Assembly (NCBI RefSeq): GCF_006345805.1
Contig: NC_043002.1
Span: 32,488,001-32,552,000, forward strand
DNA from: Octopus sinensis
Taxonomy: Eukaryota
Direction: 5' to 3'
DNA: 64,000 nucleotides
The position numbers were made by a program, and so were the translations under genes. Of this stretch, positions 39,575 through 52,702 are shown piece by piece (within the stretch, counting starts at the first letter, position 1; each line of letters starts with the position of its first letter). Below the pieces are notes generated by a model. The model saw only the letters and a program-made list of their open reading frames with translations, did not search any database and was not told where the DNA came from.

Positions 39575-40285
39575 GCAAGTATGTATATACCTATGCCTTT
39601 TATATTTGTATATATAAAAACTTTTACAGACACACACATTAGACAATGTCTATTTACTTTTGAGATGCCTGTGTGTAGGATATGTGAATTCGGATAAAAT
39701 GTCTTTCCAAACTGTGTTGCGTCCCTTTATTTGGGGAATAACTAAAATTATAACAAATCAAGTTAAATCGAATCGAATTTGCATTTCATCATACCATGAT
39801 ATATAAAATGGCTTCTCAGTTATTGCAGCCGCAAAAGGGACTTTATAACATCCTGGAAACTATAAGTAGTTCTTTTGCATCAGTTGGAAATTACAGTAAA
39901 TATGGTCGCTAGATTGTCAACACTAGTATCCTATAGAGGTTATTGACAGGCTTAAGCGGCAATGTTCGCAAAGAAATCCTGGGCATCAATGAAAACCAAA
40001 CTAGAGCACGGAGAAAGGTTGTGTTCCTTTCCGGACATGTGGGTCAATTTCGATACCACTTCTTTGACCGTAGAGCTTATCTGAAACTGATAAACGTCCT
40101 AACTGCGCCGTCAGAAAGTGATTATATCAGTGTCTGTGTATATTGAAAAACAGCGATTAAAAAAAAATCACAGCTGTTGCAAATCGCTGGCAACGAAGAC
40201 TTTAACCTTAACGTTAAACAAGTTTCCATTGTTTACACATATTTTCTAACAGAGAGAAAAGCCAATGAAGTATTAATCATCTTAC

Positions 40286-40418
40286 ATGTCTGATGTGTTT
40301 AGAAGACATGTAGCACTTTTCTTTTTCCGTTTAAACCAAACACAAAGTAGAATTATGATCAGGAGAATAACTACTGCAGGAATTCCAATGCCAAGACCGA
40401 GAATTAAATCTGTAGAAT
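40286..40418 (-). CDS. Host gene exon 11 (transmembrane; phase 1-2): STDLILGLGIGIPAVVILLIIILLCVWFKRKKKSATCLLNTSD
   Basis: Strong acceptor ttcctcttctcttttttgcag, donor gtaaga; hydrophobic helix followed by KRKKK stop-transfer. Confidence 0.9.
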
Positions 40419-42165
40419 CTGCAAAAAAGAGAAGAGGAAAGAATATTGTTTTAGCATTTCAGATTCTTCATTTCAGTTAATCAAATTTATTTAAATTACA
40501 CAGGTACAAAAAATAAAGACATTCCTTTCCAAAGTATTAGTAATATATGTGAAATCACGTTCAGTTGCAGTTGAATAATCGGTTTGTCAGGAACATGTGA
40601 AGCGTACAGTACGGTTAGAATTCGAGAAGGTTTGCGTATTAAGTACCGACTTGTTCGTTGGAAAGTTATGCTTCTAGGTCTTTTATTAATATATAGTCTT
40701 CAGAACTATGTTGTTTCAATGAATATACAACACACACTAACACACACACACGTGTGTGTGTGTCTATGTATATATATCGCATTATGCGTTTGTGACTTAT
40801 GTATTGTTGATATGCAGCTTATGAATTTTTCAGAGATCATATTCGATTCGCTGCAGCAAGCCATCTACCTTGTTACTTAGTAGACTGATTCTCATAATTC
40901 TCCAGACTTCATTCTATTTTTGATTATTGTCAAACCATTTCGTAAATCTATGGACATGTTCAAACTTTGTGAGACTTGGGTGGTAAGTATTGTATATAAA
41001 GTTCCTTTGACTAAACTGGTAAGCACAGTTCCGAACACTACATTTAGCGAATAAAGGTAAGATCTAGCACCGGAAGTTATGAACTACCCAAACGATTCAT
41101 TCCCCCAGAGGTTCTATTTCAATCTCTAATATTCTACGCACCCAAAATCTTTTCAAGTATGCTTCATACTTTTTAGTCCACATGTAACTAATCTATGATT
41201 CTAAAATAATCCAGGTCCATTAGTGAACATTAATATTGTGCCATCCTGTTAAAAATCGGGTGAGCAATCTACGTTGCTCTAAGTCAACGAGCGCGAACAC
41301 ACTCACAGTCCCGTACACACATATATGTGCGTGTGGGTGTGGGTGTGGTTGTGTGTTTGTGTGTGTGTGTGCGTGTGTGTTTATGTGCGTGTGGGTTCAC
41401 ATTGAAAGAAGGTTTAACTCTGCTCATACTTTTACTGCAGGTGTAAAGTTTAGCGGGTTTTATCTGAGTCGTTCAAATGACGTCCTCTCTGGAGGTAAAT
41501 ATATTCATATCGAAGGAGAGCTTTTTGAAGACCTTAAACATTTTCAACAGGGCGAAGCAACGCCTTTTCTGTAAACGGGAGTAATGTCTGTAAAGAATGT
41601 TTTTGGTTTTCCAGTTATGCGTAAATTAGCAAATGAACAATATTGTATTTGCACTATTTGATTCTAGATTGCCCAAGTATTGTAATATCAAGTATAAGTC
41701 TAGAGGATGACATCATTGATTCGTAAAGCTACTATATTAGTATCAACTGCGTAACTATGATAACGATAAATGGTGAGACGGTGCAGCTCGTGATAATGGC
41801 CACTTTTTAACTTTTACTCATCGATGCTGTTATAGGTAAAATGGATGCTTAGTGACAGGGACGCAGAAGACTCGAATATATTATCAAATACATCGTCTTG
41901 GGTATTTCGTAGTCGTTAACCATATCATAAGAAGTCGTGCTTAATTTCAGATTCTGTAGTCTGGCAGAAAGATAAAACAAACGCCTTTTTCTTTTAGCGA
42001 TGTATAACTACGGTGATTTGACATTTCAACGTGAGATCATCAGCAGGAGAAAACAATGTATAAATATTTTGCTGCGCAAAATATGCGAACGAAATCAATA
42101 TGCGTTTAACAATTGTTAAGAATAAAAGACAAAGAATCCTGAGAAATTTATAAAACAATATTTAC

Positions 42166-42210
42166 TGTCTTCTGTTATTTGCACTGTCGTCACTTCTGGG
42201 GTTGTACTTG
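42166..42210 (-). CDS. Host gene exon 10 (Thr-rich stalk; phase 1-1): STTPEVTTVQITED
   Basis: Long poly-pyrimidine acceptor ending ttttccag, donor gtaaat; paralogous to exons 5 and 6. Confidence 0.78.
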
Positions 42211-42861
42211 CTGGAAAAAAGAAGAAAAAAAACAAAAACGTAAGATCATAGAATATACTTTATAATTGAAAAGTAAGGTGACAGACGGTTAGGTGTTCAA
42301 TTTGGAAATATACCCAACCGCTCAGAAGAAGTGAGAGAGTTTGAAAATGTATCGATATATAGTCCAAAATTCTCTCACACTTCTAGTTGTCTTGAAATGT
42401 AGGAAGCATATTAAAGATCCCAGAAAAATGGTTTCACAACTGAAGTTATAAAGGTTATCGTAAGTAAAAACAGAAATACCAAAGAAAACGAAACAAAAAA
42501 TGTGAACAAATATCAATAAGATATGTCACACTCTAAGAGACATTAACATTTGCATCGCATGGCTTTGTATCACATGATGTCCTTCTGTCGCTTACGAAAA
42601 TGTCGACTGACCTGGGGCCTCACAAGAATATCAATAGCTAGATTCCACCACACACACACACACACACATATTGACACTCATAAATATACACGGGCTTGTC
42701 AGAACGTTTGTCTATTTGTATTATGCATGCATACATGCATACATACATACATACATAAATACATACAAACATACATACATACATACATACATACATACAT
42801 ACATACATACATACATACATACATACATACATAATTCATCCTTACGTAATTACATATATAT

Positions 42862-43060
42862 ATTCCTTTATTCATCTATTTGTTTCAGTAATTTGACTGC
42901 GGCCATGCTGGGGTACCGGCTTAAAGGGTTATATTCAAAGAAATCGACCCCAGCACTTATTCTTTGTAAGCCTTGTACTTATTCTATCGCTCAATCTTGC
43001 CGAGCCGCTAAGCTATAGGGACATAAACACACCAGCATCGGTTGTCGAGTGATAGCGAGA
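42862..43060 (-). mobile_element. SINE 3' half
   Basis: Match to 12178-12350. Confidence 0.7.
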
Positions 43061-43065
43061 ATATA

Positions 43066-44085
43066 CGAGGGGCTACCAAAAAGGACCCGGGATTTTGCAA
43101 CATCATTTATTCAGTTAGATGTAGATATTTACACATTTATCGTCTTCAACATATCCCGCATTTAAAGAAATGCATCGGTTCAGACCTGTTTTCCATTGTA
43201 CGAAAGTGATGCCTTTTAAAGTCTTCGTCGTGCTTTTCTTCACTTCTTCCACTTCTGCAAAACGTTTTCCTATAAGGATCTTTTTCATTCGGAGAAACAA
43301 AGAAAAATTTGAAGGGAGTAAGAGCGGACAACTAGGGACGGTGAGTAAGCGGAGTTATGCCGTTTTTTTCTCAAAAACTGTCTCACACTCAAGGCGTTGT
43401 GCGCAGGCGCATTGTCGGGATGAAACCACCACTTTTCACTTTGTCACCGGCTTCAGAACTGCCAAATAAAATGTGTGGTTGGCAGTTTCGCCAGGAGAAA
43501 CAAATTCTGTGTAGAAAATTCTTTTGAATCAATGGAACAAATCAGGAGCGCCATCACATTAGACTTCACTCGACGCACTTTTAGTGGGCGCGGTGACATC
43601 GAAAGCTTACATTGCCTTGATCGCGGTTTAGTTTTCGAGTCGTAACCGTAGATCCAGCTTTCGTCACCAGCGATGACCTTCGGAAAAAGTTCCGTATCAA
43701 TTTCTAGCTGTTCTTTCAGATCACGACAAGCATTAAGTTGAGACTGCTTTGATTGTCTGTGAGCAAGTAAGGCACAAATTTTACTGCAACTCGTTTTATT
43801 CCTAACTCCTCGCTCAAAATTCCTTGGCAGGAGTTCCAAGACACGTCAGTCATATCAACAAGTCCGTCAGTTGCTCGGCGACAGTCCTTCAAGATCAGTT
43901 CATGAATTTTCGTGATGTATTCATTTGTTTGGGATTCGACGGTCGCCGTGAAAGAAGTTCGTCTTCAAGCAACAAATGACCATTCCTCAAGTCTAAAAAC
44001 CACTCGTAAACTTGTGTTTTGCTCATGGCAGCGTCCTTGTATGATGTTTGAAGCATGAAAACTGTTTCGGCCTCCGTTTTCCTCA
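43066..44085 (-). mobile_element. Decayed mariner element
   Basis: MSKTQVYEWF, KVIAGDESWIYGYD and SPRPLKVRRVKSNV; end at TA/CGAGGGGCTACC. Confidence 0.9.
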
Positions 44086-45270
44086 CAAAAAAAAAAAAAA
44101 TTTCGCGGATGCAAAATGTTCCTTCCTTTTAGGGAATAGGGGAGAATCACTGCAACACAAAGATGCACCAAGTAGCAACACTACTACAGAAGATGTCGCC
44201 GGTCGGCAGACTGATGCACTCGACGGGCCCCCTTCCCAAGAAATGTCGGGCTTGTGCCTAGAGTAGCAAAGAATATAAAATGGTTTACACTTGTAAATAT
44301 GTATTAACAATATTGATCTCAGACGGTAAATATCAAATGATTTTATTTTATATTTCAATAAAAGTTTCCCATACATAGAAGTAAAGCTTCAGTGTTTTAT
44401 TTTTTTAAATTTTGATAACAAATGGTTTCATGAATTTAAAAATTAATTATTACTTGTCAAGAAATATTGAAGTGAAAAATCTTATACTTACTTTTCAAAC
44501 AAAAGAATTTTTTATTACTGACTGAGCGGGTTTTGTAAAACATTTTGCTCAACTTAGAAATAAGTTAAGTAAGAGGAGGATTCGTATTCAATGAATTCTA
44601 AACCGTTTACAGGAGAAATATGTGGTTAACTGATAGAATATTCTTGTAAATCTATCGCTATTTTTGATTACCTTACTCTTTCTTCTTGCAGCATCCTCGT
44701 GTTTATCTTGTTCTTCTTTGCATCATACAGTTTATTTGTTTATTTGCAAGTGAAATTATCTCCTTCTTTTCTGTATACGTGTAGCTATATACTCTCTACT
44801 AAACTGTGCATGATGATATTTTTTAATTCATAAAATACCCTATATAGATAACTCATAATCTACAGTATATATATTAGCCAACATTTATAAAAAGTGAAGT
44901 TTGTTGTCAATGAAGTAAACTTAAGTTGTTGCAATAGTATTTACACACTTATCCGTCCCTCCATTAATATCATCCCTCACATTCCCAACATACATATTTC
45001 AAGACATAAAATTAGTTTATATAAAATCATTTTATATACCTGTCCATACACCGCCATTGATAAATGGTATCAGTTATGTCGAATTTGTGGCAAATAAAAC
45101 GGACAAAATTAAATAATATTCAGACGATACTTGAAATCTTAAGCAGAAAAAACTGGAACTAAACTGCATAGTATGTATACTCTGGTAATCTATCGTTCTA
45201 GTGAAGCATGGCTGTATTCTCAAAGTATATAAAAAAGTTAAATTCGTAAAGTGTTGGGGAACATACTTAC

Positions 45271-45422
45271 GATATATTCTCGCTAGTGAGACTAAGTTTG
45301 CTTTATAAGTCACACCGTCAACATCCAGTCCATTTTGTTTAATACTTTGCCAAGTCATATTCAGAGCTTCTTGTGACTCATTTGTGGTTTTAACAATGTG
45401 ATCCACAATAACAGAGCCGTTC
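45271..45422 (-). CDS. Host gene exon 9 (SEA C-half; phase 2-1): NGSVIVDHIVKTTNESQEALNMTWQSIKQNGLDVDGVTYKANLVSLARIY
   Basis: Acceptor cttatgtttcag, donor gtaagt; GSVIV SEA motif. Confidence 0.9.
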
Positions 45423-46329
45423 CTGAAACATAAGTTTTTTCAAAGTTATTCTTTCAGAAAAGTTTGTTTTGAAGAGGATATTTAAAAGCCAATGAATGTT
45501 AAGTACATTAAACTGTTGCTTTAGTGATGATGAATGTTACGGAGATAAATGTGCGCTAAGGAAGGACAATACTGTACATATATACACAGTGATGGTGCAT
45601 GATGAAATAAGAAATATGACACAGAATAGAGCTTGGAAATTGTATCTCTAAGTTTTCCATTTTGGTACTCCAGAAATTTCAATGATTGATGAAGAACTTA
45701 ATATATTGTCATAGTTTCAATCAAGAGCTTCAAAATCGGGATGGTTTTACAAATTAATGCTAATATCACTGGACAGTGAAAGGATATACTTTAATGCATT
45801 ACATAAAATTGGCCATGCATTAACAAGTAAATTGACCAAACAGGAACAAAATTAATGCACAGGTCAGTGTATATACAAACAAAAGAATTATCCGTCTTTT
45901 AGAAATATTCCTTTTCATTACTTATAATCCAACAGATTAAAGGGACACATCATTCATTCTATATTTCCCATCATGTTTTCTCGGATTCTTTCCCCATGCA
46001 GTTTGTCAAACATTTTCAGGAGGTATCCAAAACATTTGAATCTGGATGATTGCTGTCTCAGGCTTGATATGATATCAAGCCAAACCGATTACTACACTGA
46101 GCGAGCTTGAACTAGATGGAGCTGAGTAACTGAGAGATAATTCCTGCACTAATTCGATGATACTTATCTCTTAGTGGATTACGTACTATTTTCATTATTC
46201 TACCAACAAGCAAACAAGACGCAACCGAACACACGCATTATGTATTTTCATATATACATATATTTTTTATCTCCCATATTATATTATACATATATAAAAT
46301 ATACTATACTACATACACACACGCACACA

Positions 46330-46620
46330 CATATTTATATATATATATATATATAAGAATTTTTTGCGTAATGAGATAAAAAACCAAGGCCGTGTAGATA
46401 TTAGAACATTTATATATAGAAGGTCTTACAGCTGTTACCAGGATATTTATTAATTATATCTCTTCATCGGAGACGGTGTAAGAGGATGGTTAAGTCATAG
46501 TTAGTTTAGATGTGATACAAAATAGAGAGTGAGGTGGAGGAAAGAAAATAGATGCAAGATATTTAGGAATGTCGAAGTTGTAGATCCATTTTTAGGCAGA
46601 ATGGTATATAAGTAATATTC
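46330..46620 (-). mobile_element. PLE-like terminal fragment with degenerate hammerhead (46423-46474)
   Basis: GUCU-CCGAUGA-A-GAGAUAU...AUAUCCU-GGUAA-CAGCUG-UA-AGAC; stem III palindrome ACAGCTGT, core mutated. Confidence 0.5.
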
Positions 46621-46671
46621 CAATACCCTATGAGTTAAGTCCAAAAGTCCAACACACTTTAGAATGGGTCC

Positions 46672-46882
46672 TTCCAAGTATAGAGTTTATACACAGTATA
46701 AGATTCCCTTATGAGTGAGATCTAGCAGTTTTTAAACTTGGTCATTCCAAGTAGAGAATTTATACAGTGTTTTAGAGTCAACACTGTGTATAAATTCTCT
46801 ACTTGGAATGACCCAGTTTAAAAACTGCTGGATCTCACTCATAAGGGAATCTTTCACTATGTATAAACTCTATATTTGGAAG
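46672..46882. mobile_element. Foldback/MITE-like hairpin with subterminal repeats
   Basis: About 100-bp arms, ~90% complementary, ~7-nt loop; each arm holds two copies of ttccaagta.ag..tttataca. Confidence 0.7.
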
Positions 46883-47299
46883 ATTCATTAGTTGTCGGCT
46901 GTCTATCTACTCCCCATTTCGAGCAATCAACGACAATATGAGTTTTCGAAGTACTCCCATAAATACCAAAATAATATTTTAAATTTATCGAGGATCAAAG
47001 TTTGGACCCAAAACAGGACATTTGAGACATATAGGGAAACCGAATGAAAACAAACATGGAGGGTCGTTAGACCTGAACGAGGGGAAAATAGTGAACGCTG
47101 AGTGAAATATTTTCTTTGAAAAGGGAAAAGATAGAAGAGAGAGATATGAGATATCCAGTCCTTAGGACGTCAGTGGAGGAGAGAAAGTTGGTGACGTGCG
47201 CAAAAGAAAGATGGCCAATGGTCACGGTCAATGGTCACGTGAAAACTAGACCATGTTTTAACTTTATCAACTGTTATATTATTCTATACACATTTACAT

Positions 47300-47520
47300 A
47301 AATTCGAAGGATATCTCACTGGTTCACAAGGAAACAGAAATACCAACATTACACACTGATTCTTTGTGGCTGACTTAAAAAATTATGCAAAGAATACGCA
47401 TGAGATGAAAAAGCGCCTTGACTTAGTTACAATATTCTCAAAGGATGTAGAGTTGGGGTGTGGTCAAGATAAATGTTGTTATAAAGTTGTGAAAAGGGGG
47501 AAACTATATATCAGACTAGT
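47300..47520 (+). mobile_element. R4/Dong-like non-LTR RT fragment
   Basis: FFVADLKNYAKN...FSKDVELGCGQDKC...KRGK matches the (Y/F)MDDLKLY...FS.DIGM.FG.DKC pattern. Confidence 0.55.
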
Positions 47521-48198
47521 AGCATATCCATCAAGTGTCGAAGTACATTCCTTGACCAAGTTTGTATACACAAGGCAGATAATATTATAAGACTGGAAGG
47601 CAGCTTCTTGAGCAACACTCTTTGTATGATACATCCAAACAAAAATACCCTGTTATTCATGTTGAAATTCTAATGAAGGAAACTTGAATCTAGGTTAGAA
47701 ACCGGATATTTCTCTATTGGCAAGAAATCTTAAAATAAAACTGAACAATGACATACATTGATACATACATACATACATGCCTAGATATGCAACTATATAC
47801 TTGAGAGAAAATGTACATATAAATCTGTACATACATACATACAAACAAAATACCCTGTTGTTGATGTTGAAATTCCAATGAACCGGTTCTTTCTCTATTG
47901 GCAAGAAATCTTAAAATAAGCTGAATAATGTCATACATGCATACATACAATGATACAGATATACATGTGTGTGTGTGTGTATGTGTGTGTATGTGTGTGT
48001 GAGTATGTGTATGTTTGTGTATGTGCGTGTGTATGAATATATTGAATTATATTTATATTTTATAAATATGTGATGCACACGCGTGTTATATACGTATGTC
48101 TATATGGTAGAAAAGGAGAGAGAAAGAGCGAGAGACAGATTTCTTCATACGCTTGTGTCTGATACGTGTGCATATAATACGTTCTAGCATATATTTAC

Positions 48199-48260
48199 CT
48201 GATATCTTCTATGATGACTTCCAACACATTGCCCATTCTTTTTGTATATGCTTCGAACAA
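48199..48260 (-). CDS. Host gene exon 8 (SEA middle; phase 0-2): LFEAYTKRMGNVLEVIIEDI(R)
   Basis: Acceptor ttttcttatattttcag, donor gtaaat; joins in frame to R|NGSVIV. Confidence 0.85.
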
Positions 48261-48479
48261 CTGAAAATATAAGAAAACCATATCAGTATTGCAAGCCGTA
48301 TTTTCAGGGTAACTATTCCTTAAAAAAAAACAATAGCGATTTAAAGACGAAATGAGTATGATTAGGCTATATCAGCATTAAAGTCGATATCAAATAGAAT
48401 ATATCACTATTATATCTCATACAAATATGAAACACCATAAAGACAGTAGGAGTATTTTTTAATTGTATCAGCATTAAAA

Positions 48480-49015
48480 CATTGATACTATAGTAAAGAA
48501 ATATAAGTAGCGATTGTGACACACACCACGAAGAAATTATCAAGCTCAATAACGATCTGTTAAGCAATAACTACCCCAAAAGTATACTGTCCATTCCAAT
48601 TATGAAGAAGAGAGAGGATGAGGCCAATAAACTGTCCACAGTCTGTCTACCCTGTGTGAAAGGCGTCTCCGAAACGATACAAAAGATATGTGGCCCATAT
48701 GACATCGGGACGGTAGTCAAGTGTAATACAACACTTCGCAAATATCTCATTCAAGTAAAACCACCAATAGAAGAGAATATGACCAAAGACTGCATGTACT
48801 CCATCCCGTGCAGCTGTGGTAGGTTGTACAAAGGCGAAAAATGTCGCCCCCTTAAAATAAGGGTAGACGAACATCGCAAAGCTGGGATACGAGGAGATAT
48901 TGATAAATCGGTTATAGTTGATCATGTATGGAAAAATGGAGACCACCTCCCCCTGTGGAGTGAAGTTAAAATAATAGACTGAGAACACCACTGGAAAATA
49001 CGAAAACTAAAAGCA
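48480..49015 (+). mobile_element. Penelope-like element 3' fragment (GIY-YIG)
   Basis: LLSNNYP, VCLPCVKGVSETIQKI, MYSIPCSCGRLYKGE...PLKIRVDEHRKA and LWSEVKIID. Confidence 0.9.
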
Positions 49016-49039
49016 GCACAACAACAACAACAACAATAA

Positions 49040-49230
49040 TAATAACATCGAAAAATACCTTAGGAATGAGAAACCAGGTTCGAAATTTCTCAAAGACACC
49101 TGAAGAAAGCTGGAGGGTATATCAGCCGAAACGTTTTGTTAACAACAAACAAGATTAGGACAAATATCCGTTGAATGTAAATAATGTAAATAATGTACAT
49201 AATTCCTCATCTCTTAAATATAGAACTGTA
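49040..49230 (+). mobile_element. pLTR-like segment with hammerhead motif at 49095-49140 (relic copy at about 56830-56975)
   Basis: GACAC-CUGAAGA-A-AGCUG...CAGCC-GAAA-CG-UU-UUGUU; mismatches at the stem I and stem II closing pairs. Confidence 0.6.
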
Positions 49231-50437
49231 TATAGAAATTTGCATATTAATACGTTATAATACGTAGCTTTTAGAAAAACAATGTAATTTTTAAATTCTA
49301 CACTATCTTAGATAATTCTTTTAAATTCTATTCATAGTAGATCTTGTTATTACATTATATATTACGAAATATTTTAGTTGATTTCGAATACTTGAATTAT
49401 TCTAAATTTCTTTAATGAGTGAGTGAGCATAATTAGATTAATAAATAATGACAAGGAAAATCCAATGTAACAGATCAGAAAAAACACCCAAATTGGGAAT
49501 CAGATGAGCAAATATTATTTAGAAACTTATGTAAATTTACCCAGCGTCATTCAGCTAACAACCTAAACTTTGAAACGGTCATAATCCTGTATGACACTTA
49601 CGCAGAAATGTTTGGAGAACAAAATTTCACACCTTCAACCATAGACAGAAACTATAACTAGACACAAACTATAAATAGAAACAAACTATTACTGTACTAG
49701 GCTGGATAGAAACAACTACTGTCCTGTCTACCGGTTGTCAAATTAAATTTAGAGAGGCTTGTTTTGTGACATATTCACTCAACCATACCGGCCTTGATTT
49801 TCGGCACCAAAAACAGTCATATGACATTAACACACAGATGTAGTAGAGAATATACAAAAATTTATAAGGTTACAAATCACGTGATCTTCCTCTGCTATTT
49901 TTAACTGAGACGACCTTGATGGTTGTCTCCAGTCAGGTCACTAACCGTGTTCACTCAACCGTAACAGCTTTAACTACCTGCTGCAAGGAAAGTGTCACAT
50001 GACAGTAAAGAACAAACGTAGCGGAGGTCATACATAAATTTCTAAACCTGATTGCAAGGTCATCCTCGACCAGTCAAATCCTTTCCAAAACAGATGCTGA
50101 TGTGAGCCATGTTCTCTGTATAAACTGTCTATGAAACCGGTTAACACGTAAACATTTTTTATATAAGATATGTAAACAAATACCAGTGCAGTTTTAGCTT
50201 CCATTATATATATACATATACCCATAACTTTTATTAGCCGCCCGCTTTTCACCATGCTTGTTTTAAGTGTACTCTATATGGCTTAGGGGTTCATTTGACT
50301 CCTATTTCTAGCGAAGCTGCTGCTTTACAGCACCATAATTATATTGTATTACATTACATTATGTATATATACGTTACTAAACTTGCCTGCACCGTTCTTG
50401 CTTTTAAATTGCCACTAATATTACTAGTTACCAGTAA

Positions 50438-50481
<44 letters not shown>

Positions 50482-50545
50482 GATCTATCTATCTATCTGC
50501 CTATATATATATTATAAACATATATATGCATACACACACACACAC

Positions 50546-50623
<78 letters not shown>

Positions 50624-51115
50624 GCATATACGGGTAGAGGACGTCACCAAAAGTAAAGAACATGAAAGACGAATTCAAATGTGTTGCTTGTTAAAAGCAA
50701 ACAACGAGAGAAACAAATGGAAAACAGGACAAGTAGCACAAAGAACGGCTCTTCATCAGTTCTTGGCTCTCTATCTACTCCTCATTTCGAGCATTGAGCG
50801 ACAATAGGAGTCTTAGAAGACAGTTGCTCCCATAAGTACCAAAATAAAATTTGTAATTTATGGAATGTCAAAGTTGGGAGCAAAATGAGGACAGTGTAGA
50901 CATACAAGGAAATCGAACAAAAGCAGACATAGAGAGTCGTTAGACCATGACGAGGGTAGCATAGCTAGAGTGTGTACCGCCCGGGGTGGCCTTTATGTTT
51001 GCCACCCCCAGATTCCACAAAAAATACATGCTGCCTACAGCATGTATATATACATACATATATATATATATATTATATATATATATATGTATGTATGTAT
51101 ATATATGTATGTATG

Positions 51116-51151
<36 letters not shown>

Positions 51152-51277
51152 TGTATAAGTATATTTATTATATGCACACATACACACACACATATATATA
51201 TATATATACTTTATTTAAAGCAGCAGAAAATTCAACAAAATCTGTTACTCTGAGTTTCTCGTTGCCGTTTATCAGAC

Positions 51278-51310
<33 letters not shown>

Positions 51311-51674
51311 TGCATGTATGTATGTATGTATGTATGTATGTATGTATATATAGCAGTGGGAATGTTTTAGAAAAATGGAAAAATATATTTGTCTCTAAAT
51401 ATGACTAGGGTGTTAGAAATACTCAAGTTATATTTTATAACAATTATGTGTGTGTATGTGTGTGCGCGCATGTGTGTATATTCATATACATGTATATGTA
51501 TATGTGTGGCCACATGTCCATATCTATGTTTATAGATTGATATTAGTTAAAGTGAAATACACGCACTATATAAATGACATTGGTTTTCTGTTGCAGGATT
51601 ACTGTATATAAAATTTGACAGATATGAATGTAACACTTAAAAAAACAGTTATATACACATGAAATTAAACTCAC

Positions 51675-51748
51675 CACTTGTTTTAGTTTGTCTTTTAGAT
51701 TAGCAATGAAAGTCATATTGATCCAAATGGTAACAGAGTAGGAGAAAA
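51675..51748 (-). CDS. Host gene exon 7 (SEA N-half; phase 1-0): FSYSVTIWINMTFIANLKDKLKQV
   Basis: Acceptor ctctttctttttcag, donor gtgagt. Confidence 0.85.
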
Positions 51749-52542
51749 CTGAAAAAGAAAGAGAATACTGAATACAGTACGGTGCTTAGAACTGGAGATA
51801 ATACAATACATTATATAAAACTTTTTCGTTGGAAACTAATTAAGCTACACATAAATATTTAGTACACTTACCAGTTGCAATAGAATGGATTACAGTCGTT
51901 TCAGCTATTATTCAAATGCTGTTATTTTGATAAGTTCCAGATACTCATACCAACTCCTATATAATGCCGAGTAGTCATATATCTCCTGTACAAGATACTT
52001 GCTCCTTTCAACACCGAGCTTAAAACTCCCTACTACAATCTCTCTCATTCATATTTTGACCTTGCGAGTTACAATGTGACTCAACAAGGCTGATCCTATG
52101 CAAATGCGGCTCATACACGCTGTAAAGTCCTTAATGCAAGGGCAAGCTTCGAGATAATAAACATTCTGCCAGATGAGACATGAGAGATAGACGTCCATGG
52201 TGATCGCAAAAGTTATGGCAGATAACTTAGAATCGGTTTCTGAATTTGCGCCAAGAAGCGCCTGTCCTTTTTTACCCAAGTCTACTGCAAACAAAGCGAA
52301 CATTTAAAAGATATTCGCCTCACCATACTTGCTTGTTCGTGTGAAGTCTCAAGGCATATTTCGGAACAAACTGCGTAAATAATCCTTTCGAAACATGGCA
52401 GAATAGAATGTAAACGTCAAATGACGATGTTATAATGTACAAAATAGACATACAGCGATTGCGGCAATTGTAGTGCTTCAGTGGTAATTATTTCATTGAC
52501 CCTAAAGGATGGGAAGCAAAGCCGACCTCCCGGATCTTCTAC

Positions 52543-52545
<3 letters not shown>

Positions 52546-52573
<28 letters not shown>

Positions 52574-52649
52574 AAGAAGAAGAAGAGAAGAAGAAGAAGA
52601 GGAGGAGGAGGAGGAGGAGGAGGAGGAGGAGGAGATGGGGGAGGGGGAG

Positions 52650-52681
<32 letters not shown>

Positions 52682-52702
52682 GGAGGAGGAGGAGGGGGAG
52701 GA
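52546..52702. repeat. (GAA)n/(GAG)n homopurine tract
   Basis: Near-pure purine run read directly. Confidence 0.95.

Noticed and set aside
39950-40080. Possible terminal exon (D)KLYGQRSGIEIDPHVRKGTQPFSVL* with a PDZ-like end
   Set aside because: It needs phase 1, but the TM exon ends in phase 2, which gives an immediate stop. Exon 34321-34424 fits better.
44083-44376. ORF with a hydrophobic stretch SSVVVLLLGASLCC
   Set aside because: It begins in SINE-tail-like sequence and is closed in the required phase; the true TM exon is at 40286-40418.
45590-45855. Coding-looking plus-strand stretch
   Set aside because: Two in-frame stops and no recognisable motif.
49602-49651. Exon-like 50 bp (FLSMVEGVKFCSPNIS) with a gtaagt donor
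   Set aside because: Weak acceptor; 48199-48260 has the same phases and a much better SEA-like sequence.
52049-52303. 84-aa minus-strand ORF with a ttgcag acceptor
   Set aside because: No convincing donor or domain, and not needed for frame continuity; it cannot be fully excluded.
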